Assembly (NCBI GenBank): GCA_046726415.1
Contig: JBKPAK010000128.1
Location: 1 to 26,026, forward strand
From: Candidatus Methylomirabilota bacterium
GTDB taxonomy: Bacteria > Methylomirabilota > Methylomirabilia > Rokubacteriales > CSP1-6
Direction: 5' to 3'
DNA: 26,026 nucleotides
Shown here piece after piece: positions 1 to 7,330 of this stretch. The position numbers and the translations under genes were made by a program. Positions within the stretch are counted from its first letter, which is position 1, and every line of letters begins with the position of its first letter. The notes under the pieces were generated by a model. The model searched no databases. It worked only from the letters and a program-made list of their open reading frames with translations, and was not told the origin of the DNA.

Positions 1-56
1 CCCCAGGCTCGTGCGAACCTCGGAGCTAGCTAATGCCGCACCTCGGGGAGGCCTCC

Positions 57-1286
57 ATGTCCGCGAACGTGTCCGACTTCACTTTCCTGCAGGGCGTGAA
101 GATCGTCGATTTCACGCAGTTCGAGGCTGGTCCGTCCTGCACCGAGGCCCTCGCCTGGATGGGTGCCGATGTCGTGAAGATCGAAAACCCTAAAATGGGC
201 GACCCCGGCCGCCGTCTCCGCCCCGGTCAGCCGGACGACGACCCCTACTACTTCCACGCCTTCAACGCCAACAAGCAGTCCATCACGGTCAATCTCAAGT
301 CGCCCAAGGGACTCGAGCTGGTCAAGGGCCTAATCCAGAAGGCCGACGTGATGATCGAGAACTTTGCTCCCGGCGCCATCGAGCGGCTGGGCCTGTCGTA
401 CGACGTCGTGCAGGCTATCAATCCGGGGATCATCTACGCGCAGGTCAAGGGCTTCGGCGAGGGCAGCCCGTTCGAGCAGAACCTGGCCTTCGACATGATC
501 GCTCAGGCCTGCGGCGGCACGTTCAGCGTCACCGGGGACAAGAACGGCCCACCCATCCGGCCCGGCATCTCGATCGGAGATACCGGGACGGGCATGCTGA
601 TGGCCATCACCATCCTGAGCGCCCTGTACAAGCGCCGCGAGACCGGCGAGGGTCATCGCCTGCAAGTGGCCATGCAGGACGCCATGCTGCACTACATGCG
701 GATTAACTTCGCGACCCAGGGTCTGACGGGCAAGGCGGCCGAGCGCGGAGGCAGCAAGGTGCCGGGCGTGACCAACGCGCCGATGGGGCTCTATCCCTGC
801 GCGCCCGGCGGGCCGAACGACTATGTCTACATCATGACCAGCCGAGCGAACCCCGACCACTGGGACCGCCTGCTGAAGCTCATGGGACGGGAGGATCTGA
901 TCGGCGACGAGCGCTATCGCGCCCCGGCCGACCGCGTCGCGCGGGAAGTCGAGGTGGACGAAATCATCTCCACCTGGACCCGCACGCACACCAAGCTCGA
1001 CGCCATGAAGCTGATCGGCGACGCTGGTATTCCGGCCGGCGCAGTGCTCGACACGGACGAGCTCAACAAGGACGTCACGTTCGAGCAGCGAGGGATCATG
1101 CAGACGATGGTCCATCCCGTGCACCGGCCCTTCAAGATGCCGGGCTGGCCCGTGCGTGTTGATGGTCAGCCCACGCGCGTCAAAGCGTCGCCCGTGCTGG
1201 GCGAGCACACGGACCGAGTGTTGAACGAATGGCTCGGCCTGAACGCCCAGGCCGTGGCCACGCTGAAGAGCGAAGGCGTGGTCTGA
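57..1286 (+). CDS. Family III (CaiB/BaiF) CoA-transferase, formyl-CoA transferase-like
   Basis: LQGVKIVDFTQFEAGPSC..LAWMGADVVKIE, FNANKQSITVNLK, IENFAPG, catalytic Asp in ISIGDTGTG, C-terminal PVLGEHT. ATG57 preferred over ATG33 because of a GGGGAG RBS at 45-50. Confidence 0.92.
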   Translation: MSANVSDFTFLQGVKIVDFTQFEAGPSCTEALAWMGADVVKIENPKMGDPGRRLRPGQPDDDPYYFHAFNANKQSITVNLKSPKGLELVKGLIQKADVMIENFAPGAIERLGLSYDVVQAINPGIIYAQVKGFGEGSPFEQNLAFDMIAQACGGTFSVTGDKNGPPIRPGISIGDTGTGMLMAITILSALYKRRETGEGHRLQVAMQDAMLHYMRINFATQGLTGKAAERGGSKVPGVTNAPMGLYPCAPGGPNDYVYIMTSRANPDHWDRLLKLMGREDLIGDERYRAPADRVAREVEVDEIISTWTRTHTKLDAMKLIGDAGIPAGAVLDTDELNKDVTFEQRGIMQTMVHPVHRPFKMPGWPVRVDGQPTRVKASPVLGEHTDRVLNEWLGLNAQAVATLKSEGVV

Positions 1287-1400
1287 TCGGCTGATCCGCG
1301 CACGACACGCGGCACTCGAGCTGCGCGATCCGAGGGCGACAAGGTGAATGGCGCGCTCGCCGCGAGAGCGAGCGCCCGAAGGATTTTTTCCGCAAAGCGT

Positions 1401-1433
1401 CTACCTGCCCTTGAGCTTCACATCCTCGTAGGG
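1401..1433 (-). pseudogene. 3' tail remnant of an ABC substrate-binding protein gene
   Basis: Minus strand reads PYEDVKLKGR*, nearly identical to the PYEDVKLKGK* end of the intact gene at 14823-16361. The shared ACGCT continues past the stop in both. Confidence 0.75.
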
Positions 1434-1485
1434 ACACGCGCGAGCCGGGGGCAGCCGGGGTGCCTGGGTGAGGAGGGAGGAGGAG
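1431..1485. repeat. Dispersed 55-bp repeat, copy 1
   Basis: 49/55 identical, ungapped, to 6915-6969 by manual alignment; core GCAGCCGGGGTGCCTGGGTGAGGAG. Confidence 0.9.
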
Positions 1486-1624
1486 CACCACGAGGAAAGG
1501 CCTCGAGCTCTTCATCGCGCTGTGGCGCTTCGTCGACGGCGGCCTCCTGCCGCCGGGCGCGGTGCTGCGCGCCGCCTGAGCGGCCGCGACGGGTCGCGGC
1601 CGCGGATCACACCAGGAGGAGGCA

Positions 1625-1810
1625 GGGGTTGGTCAACGCGCTCGTTGGGGGGCCGGATCGCCCGCGGCGACCGTTTTCGAGAGGGAGCGCGTTGCCCCCG
1701 CGGTTCCGCCTGCGCCACAGGCGCATAGTGATCGGGTGCCTGACCCAGAGTCAGCACGGATAGAAGGTGGTCGAGCCCTCGCCTCGGCTCTCATGGAACC
1801 GGCCAACCCC
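1625..1810 (+). ncRNA. Putative bridge/seek RNA of the IS110-family remnant
   Basis: Nested helices read from sequence: 1625-1632/1803-1810; 1634-1643/1685-1694 enclosing an internal loop and hairpin 1654-1673; 1702-1707/1795-1800 enclosing hairpins 1708-1722, 1736-1757 and 1773-1790. Lies downstream of the transposase stop. Confidence 0.6.
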
Positions 1811-1867
1811 CCGCTGCCCTCGCCCGCTCACGGCAGCGACTGCGATGCGGACACGGAGCGCGGAGAC

Positions 1868-1873
1868 TTGACA
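1868..1873 (+). promoter_or_regulatory. Outward-facing -35 box (TTGACA) at the IS right end
   Basis: Perfect TTGACA with no -10 at 17-bp spacing in situ. IS1111-like elements complete this promoter at the circle junction. Confidence 0.5.
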
Positions 1874-1920
1874 GGGGGCCCCTCATAGCAGGCCCCCCAT
1901 GTTATTAACCAAGGCGGGAT

Positions 1921-2337
1921 AAGACGGCGGCCGGCCGGCACCTCTCCGTGTGCCATCCGGACAATCCCCAAATCCGCGATGTGACCTTCACCGAGTTCGC
2001 CATGCCCTTCGCCGGCCCGGGCACGGTGAGCCGGAACGCGGTGATCGTCTCCCCAGGCCGCATCGACCGCAGCCCGTGTGGCACCGGGACGTCGGCGCGA
2101 CTGGCGGTGCTGCACGCGCGCGGGCAGCTCGCCCCGGTTCGGGGGTTCATTCACGAATCCATCATCGGCTCGCGCTTCGAGGCGGCCATCGCTGGCCACA
2201 CGACGGTGGGAGGACAGCCGGGTATTGTTCCGACCATCGCCGGCCAGGCGTGGATCACCGGCGTGTTCCAGCACGGCCTCGATCCGTCCGACCCGTTCCG
2301 GAACGGCTACACGCTGCCCGATCTGTGGTTCGCCTGA
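1921..2337 (+). pseudogene. Proline racemase/hydroxyproline epimerase family, C-terminal fragment
   Basis: Contains the signature DRSPCGTGTSA plus ESIIGSRF, IAGQAWITG and DPSDPFRNGY. An in-frame TAA lies at 1906-1908, and the N-terminal half with the first catalytic residue (MCGH-type motif) is absent. Confidence 0.85.
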
Positions 2338-2489
2338 TCCGCCTGCGGCGACCGGGCCAGAGAATCAACGACCCTGGTTGGTGAGATCCGCCGCCCTTAC
2401 CGGGATCGGCGAGCCCGGACTTTCGCTGAAGTTCCCGTCACCCTGTCCCACCGCCTGCGGCTCACCCTCGCAGGTGAGACAATGGCGCG

Positions 2490-3266
2490 ATGCCCTCGGT
2501 CGCGCTTCCCGGCGTGGACCTCTGGTACAAGGACTGCGGCGGCTCCGGTAGGCCGGTGCTCTTCCTGCATGCTGCCTCAGGCACCTGCGACAGCTGGGTG
2601 TACCAGGAACCGGTCTTCACGGCCGCTGGCTATCGCTGCATCGCTTACGACCGGCGCGGATGGGGTCGCTCGCGGCCCGTCCCGACTGGGGAGCAGCCTG
2701 GCTATGCGAGCGACGACCTGCATGGCCTGGTGGATCACTTGGGCCTGGACCGCTTCCACTTGGTGGCGACGGCGGCCGGTGGTATCTGCGGGTTGGACTA
2801 CGCGCTGCTTCACCCGGAACGGGTCCGGAGCCTGGTGGTCGCCAGCAGCATCGGCGGTGTCCAGGACCCGGCGTACCTGGAAGTCCAGCATCGGCTCCGG
2901 CCACCGGAGATTCAGGCTTTGCCCGTCGAGCTGCGCGAACTGGGGCCCTCGTATCGCGGCGTCAACCCTGAAGGCACTCGCCGGTGGATCGACATCGAAC
3001 GGGCCAGCCGCCTGGGGGACGCCCACGGGCCGGGGCAGCCGCTGCGGCACCCGATGACGTTCGCCCGGCTGGAGACCATGCGGATCCCCGTGCTCGTGCT
3101 CGTCGGCGAAGCCGACCTGCTTTCACCGCCCGCGCTGATGCGGCTGCTGGCGGCGCACATTTCCCAGCACCAGTTCGCGTCGGTGCCCGCGGCGGGGCAC
3201 GCCGCCTTCTGGGAGCAGCCGGAGATCTGGAATCGTCTCGTACTTAAATTCATGGGCCTGCACTGA
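2490..3266 (+). CDS. Alpha/beta fold hydrolase-like protein lacking the nucleophile Ser
   Basis: PVLFLHA, YDRRGWGRS, elbow HLVATAAGG, LVGEAD, AGHAAFWEQPE. Confidence 0.88.
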   Translation: MPSVALPGVDLWYKDCGGSGRPVLFLHAASGTCDSWVYQEPVFTAAGYRCIAYDRRGWGRSRPVPTGEQPGYASDDLHGLVDHLGLDRFHLVATAAGGICGLDYALLHPERVRSLVVASSIGGVQDPAYLEVQHRLRPPEIQALPVELRELGPSYRGVNPEGTRRWIDIERASRLGDAHGPGQPLRHPMTFARLETMRIPVLVLVGEADLLSPPALMRLLAAHISQHQFASVPAAGHAAFWEQPEIWNRLVLKFMGLH

Positions 3267-3640
3267 ATCTCGCGCATCTCGAGCATCGAGGGAGTGAACG
3301 TCGCGCGCAACGGTCGGCCCTGGCGTGGCTCGCAGGCCACTCGGGGCCAAGAACCGGCCTCCCCTACGAGTCCGGCGCCGTACGTGCCGGCGCGGTGAGG
3401 CGCCATCATCGCCGATCCGGCCGCGGTTGACGTCGGCGGTGTGTCTCCCATAGCATGCCGCTTGCCCGGGCCAGCTCTTTCGACCCGCGAACGGGCCCAC
3501 CCCATGCGCTGTGCCTGGCACTCCAGCGTACGCGCTGGGGATGCCGTCATGGGGACGGCGGCCAAGCAGCGGGGGTGGAAGGTGTCATGGTGACCAGGCT
3601 CATGCAGATCCTGTAGCCCACCCGGAAAGGGAGACTCGCG

Positions 3641-4513
3641 ATGGCCGTAAGGACACAGACGACGTATGACATCGATGTCGCGGACGTGGAATACCTCCGA
3701 CACGGAGACAAGCCTCTCCTGGCGCGTGTCTTCAAGCCGCGCGGCAGCGGACCGTTCCCGATCATGGTCGAGCTGCATGGCGGAGCCTGGGTCCGGGGGG
3801 ATCGTCAGAACGGGAACGCGGCGAACGAGGCGCTGGCCAAGAACGGTGTGATCGTGGCAGCGCTGGATTTTCGCGTGCCGCCCGCGGCACCGTATCCGGC
3901 TTCTCTGGCCGACATTCACTACGGGATTCGCTGGTGCAAAAGCCAGGCTCAGGCGTGGAGCGGTCGCCCGGACCGGATCGGCGCCATGGGCACGTCCAGT
4001 GGCGCGCACCAGGCCATGCTGCTCGGCATGCGCCCGCGCGATCCACGCTACGCCGCGCTGCCCCTTCCGGCGGGCGCCGCGACGGTGGATGGCACCCTGG
4101 GCTGCGTGATCATGGTCTCTCCCGTGATCGATCCGCTGGGCCGCTATCACTATGCGAAAGGCCTGCGACGGGATTGCACACCGCCCGCGGGGCTGGCCGA
4201 CCGCGTGGTGCCCATGCATGACCAGTACTGGCTGACGGAAGAGGCCATGGCCGAGGGAGCGCCCGCGCGTATCCTGGCCCGTGGCGAGCGGACGGCCACG
4301 CCGCGGGTGTTGTGCGTCGCGCGCAGCTATGAGGAGGCGCACCCTCGCCCGGACCTCGACGAGTTCGTCCGACAGTATCGTCAGGCCGGCGGCCAGATCG
4401 AGGTAACGATCTTCGAGGGCGAGGGTGAAGGTCTGCTGCGCAATCTCTCTTCGTCAGTTGCGCAGCGGGCGCTCGAGCAGATGACCGCGTTCATACATCA
4501 GCACCTCGGGTAA
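3641..4513 (+). CDS. HSL-type alpha/beta hydrolase (esterase-like)
   Basis: HGGAW oxyanion motif, DFRVPPAAPYP, GTSSG nucleophile elbow; GGGAG RBS. Confidence 0.9.
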   Translation: MAVRTQTTYDIDVADVEYLRHGDKPLLARVFKPRGSGPFPIMVELHGGAWVRGDRQNGNAANEALAKNGVIVAALDFRVPPAAPYPASLADIHYGIRWCKSQAQAWSGRPDRIGAMGTSSGAHQAMLLGMRPRDPRYAALPLPAGAATVDGTLGCVIMVSPVIDPLGRYHYAKGLRRDCTPPAGLADRVVPMHDQYWLTEEAMAEGAPARILARGERTATPRVLCVARSYEEAHPRPDLDEFVRQYRQAGGQIEVTIFEGEGEGLLRNLSSSVAQRALEQMTAFIHQHLG

Positions 4514-4811
4514 GCACGGAGTTCTGCCACACGTCCTTCGCGCGCCGTCCACCCTGCTTCAACTTCCCGGGGTGAGCGGCGCCGGGACGCGTGGCGCTCG
4601 TGGGGGCAGCGCTGTCAGACGCGACTCGGGACGGCCGCAGCACGAGCGCGGGTGGCGTGCGCTGCGCTCAATTGGCCTCGTCGGGCGACCGCCGAAGACA
4701 CCGCCCGCCCTCACGAGGGAGCCGGCACCCCGCGGCGCGATCGTCTGACGGTGCGGATGGAGGAGAGCGGCCCTCGATTCCGGTCGACGCCCGGTCCCTG
4801 ATAGGGAGGAC

Positions 4812-5888
4812 ATGACCATGAAATTTGGGCTCATGTACGAAATTCAGATACCGCAACCCCACTATGATGGTATCGAGCACCAGCGCTACAAACAGGTCAT
4901 GGCCCAGGTCGAGCTGGCGGATGAGGTCGGCTTCCAATACTTCTGGACGGTAGAGCACCACTTCCTGCGGGAGTTTTCCCATTGCTCGGCCCCGGAAGTC
5001 CTTTACGGGGCGGTCTCGCAGCGCACCAAGCGGATTCGCATTGGCCACGCCGTCGCCCTGCTGCCGGGCCAGTACAATCACCCCGTGCGGGTGGCCGAAC
5101 GGGCCGCCGTGCTCGATATCGTCAGTGATGGCCGCATGGATCTGGGTACCGGGCGGTCCACCACGCTCATTGAAATGGACGGGTTCCAGGTCGACCCGGA
5201 AGAGACCAGAGCCCAGTGGGAAGAAGCCATCGCCATGATCCCCCGGATGTGGACCCAGGACCCCTTCGCCCACGAGGGGCGCTTTTACCAGATCCCGCCG
5301 CGCTCCGTCATCCCCAAGCCTGTCCAGAAACCCCATCCCCCTCTGTGGGTCGCGTGCAGCCAGCCCGACAGCTTCCGGGCTGCCGGGGAAATGGGTCTGG
5401 GGGCACTCTGTTTCAATCTGGGTGGGTATGCGCAAATGGCCGAGCGGGTCGGTATGTATCGCGAGGGTATCAAGCACGCCAAGCCCGTGGGAAGCTTCAT
5501 CAACGACCAGATCGCGGCGCTGTGCGTCACTCACTGTGCCGATACCGACGAAGAGGCGCACGAATTCGCCGGGCCAGAAGGGGTATGGTTCGTCAAGATG
5601 GCGGAGAAACTCTACGCACCCTGGCAAGGCCGCCACGTGCCCGATTCCTACAAATTCGCCGTCTCGGCCATTCAGCAGGAGCGCACGGGCAAGACCTTCG
5701 AAGACCATATGCAGTCAGGGGCCTTTGCCATGGGCAACCCGGCCAGCGTCATCAAGGTCCTCAAGAAGTACCAGGAGGCCGGGGTGGACCAGATCCTCTG
5801 CTTCATGCAGATGGGCAACCTGGCCCATGCACGGATCATGAGCTCAATCGCCTTGTTTGGCCGTCACGTCATCCCCGCTTTCGCCTAG
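4812..5888 (+). CDS. Luciferase-like (LLM class) flavin-dependent oxidoreductase
   Basis: MKFGL, WTVEHHF, RIRIGHAV, HPVRVAERAAVLDIVSDGRMDLGTGR, PKPVQKPHPPLW; GGGAGG RBS. Confidence 0.93.
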   Translation: MTMKFGLMYEIQIPQPHYDGIEHQRYKQVMAQVELADEVGFQYFWTVEHHFLREFSHCSAPEVLYGAVSQRTKRIRIGHAVALLPGQYNHPVRVAERAAVLDIVSDGRMDLGTGRSTTLIEMDGFQVDPEETRAQWEEAIAMIPRMWTQDPFAHEGRFYQIPPRSVIPKPVQKPHPPLWVACSQPDSFRAAGEMGLGALCFNLGGYAQMAERVGMYREGIKHAKPVGSFINDQIAALCVTHCADTDEEAHEFAGPEGVWFVKMAEKLYAPWQGRHVPDSYKFAVSAIQQERTGKTFEDHMQSGAFAMGNPASVIKVLKKYQEAGVDQILCFMQMGNLAHARIMSSIALFGRHVIPAFA

Positions 5889-6008
5889 AGGGAAGAGCCT
5901 CGGCACGCGCCTGTGATTCCAGTCCGACCGCATGAGGCGTGCGACACCCGTCATGCTGCCGGACCGTGCTACTTCGCAACGTAGCGGGGGAAAGCGCCCC
6001 CGGTGTGA

Positions 6009-6203
6009 ATGGGAGGGAACCCGTGGGAGGGTTGCGGTTCGATCCAGACGACGGACGAGCTGGTCGAGGCCTTGAGCCGGGCCTCCGAGGCTGCGTGGGG
6101 GGCTGAAGCCCTCCCCGACCTGCGCGCGTCTCTGACCACGAGGGCTCAGGCGATCCGGTTGATCAACCAGGAGGCGTTCGCGCCGGGGGATGTCGAGCCA
6201 TGA
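6009..6203 (+). CDS. Small acidic protein coupled to the amidase (possible GatC/AtzG-like partner)
   Basis: 64 aa; its TGA overlaps the amidase ATG (ATGA at 6200-6203); ends ..GDVEP. Start codon uncertain. Confidence 0.5.
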   Translation: MGGNPWEGCGSIQTTDELVEALSRASEAAWGAEALPDLRASLTTRAQAIRLINQEAFAPGDVEP

Positions 6204-6900
6204 GCGTCGCCGCGACGGCGCCCCACGAGCTCACCGCGCGCGAGGCCGCCGCCCTCATCCGGCGCCGGAAGGTCTCGTCCCTGGAGCTGGTCAAGGCGTT
6301 GCTGGCCCGCATCGAGCGAATCGAGCCCACGCTGCGCTCGTTCGTCACGGTCGATGCTGACGGGGCGCGCGCGGCCGCCAAGGCGACCGACGCCGCGCTC
6401 CAGGCCGGACAGAAACTGAGCGTCCTTCACGGCGTCCCGTTCGCGGCCAAGGATATCTATGACGCCGAAGGCCTGCCGACCACGGCCGGCTATCCGACGC
6501 TGTCCGGCAACGTGGCGCGGGCCGATGCGTTCACGGTCGCCCGCATGAAATCCGCGGGCGCGGTGCTCATCGGCAAGACGGTGACGACTCAGTTCGCCGC
6601 GGGCGACCCGTCGCCCACGCGGAATCCATGGCGGGCCGATCGCACGCCGGGCGGATCGAGCAGCGGGTCGGGCGCCGCCGTGGCCGCTCGGCTCGTGCCC
6701 ATCGCGCTCGGCACGCAGACGGGTGGGTCGCTCCTGCGCCCCGCTGCCTACAATGGCGTGGTCGGGCTCAAGCCCACGTACGGCCGCGTCAGCCGGCGCG
6801 GGATCGTCCCGCTCTCGTGGACGCTCGACCACGCGGGCCCTCTGGTGCGCAGGGTGCGGCAGAGGACGGAGCCCTCCGGCTGGCGGCGCTGATAGGTCGG
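6200..6900 (+). pseudogene. Amidase signature family protein, 3'-truncated and frameshifted
   Basis: LHGVPFAAKD, TPGGSSSGS, GTQTGGSLLRPAAYNG, LDHAGPL. The expected continuation (EDGALRLAALIG) is in another frame after about 6857 and homology ends near 6900, about half the usual length. Confidence 0.85.
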
Positions 6901-6914
6901 CAGGGCACAGAGCA

Positions 6915-6969
6915 GGGGCACGCGCACGCCGGGTGCAGCCGGGGTGCCTGGGTGAGGAGCGACGAGGAG
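6915..6969. repeat. Dispersed 55-bp repeat, copy 2
   Basis: 49/55 identical to 1431-1485, same orientation. Confidence 0.9.
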
Positions 6970-7186
6970 ACAAGGACCTCACACGCATCATCCTGGAACT
7001 TGACCGCGTGGCTCTGCCCACCGCAGTGGGCAGGGCGCCTGGCTGGCTGAAGAGACGAGGGGTTCGCGACAACACGGTCTCCCCTGGGATGCGGTCTGAG
7101 CGCGCCGGGCCAGAGTCGGACTGGCGGTTCGGGTTCCGCAGCCGGCCTGCACCGGTCTCCCCTCGATCGGTCTGCGTCCCGCCTCT

Positions 7187-7216
7187 TTGACTTGAGACAC
7201 CCAGAACACCTACAAC
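7187..7216 (+). promoter_or_regulatory. Possible sigma70 promoter of the CoA-transferase operon
   Basis: TTGACT-N18-TACAAC about 115 bp upstream of ATG7331. Confidence 0.3.
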
Positions 7217-7330
7217 TGGCTGGTGGCCGTTACGCCGGGTGGAACGCGGGGGGCAAGCCCACGGCGGAGGTCATGGGCCGCGGCAAGTCAAGGGGGATCC
7301 CGAAGGACCCATCGTGAGGGGGAGGCGACG

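Larger units (their letters stand above)
1505..1889 (+). mobile_element. IS110-family (IS1111-like) remnant: transposase C-terminal tail plus long non-coding right end
   Basis: 1505-1579 reads ELFIALWRFVDGGLLPPGAVLRAA*, resembling the KLLIALWR..G.VP.GAVLK ending of IS110-family transposases. About 300 nt of structured non-coding DNA follows, ending in CTTGACAGGGGGCCCCTCATAG (outward -35 box next to a CAT-type end, as in IS1111-like elements). Confidence 0.72.

Noticed and set aside
4-15. CAGGCTCGTGCG also at 13765-13776; CGGTTCGGGTTCCGC shared by 7125-7139 and 20710-20724
   Set aside because: Exact 12-15-bp matches can arise by chance in 26 kb of GC-rich sequence.
1434-1515. Signal-peptide-like MKSSRPFLVVLLL on the minus strand, seemingly fused to the binding-protein tail
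   Set aside because: Needs a frameshift, overlaps the 55-bp repeat and is partly antisense to the transposase tail; better explained as coincidence.
2367-2451. Minus-strand GDGNFSESPGSPIPV resembling an FG-GAP repeat fragment
   Set aside because: Too short to support without a search.
3427-3453. TTGAC...CCCATAG resembling a second IS1111-like end
   Set aside because: No transposase tail or comparable RNA structure upstream, and the spacing differs.
6921-6950. Resemblance of the repeat to group II intron domain V
   Set aside because: The 5' strand with the catalytic triad and domain VI are not recognisable.
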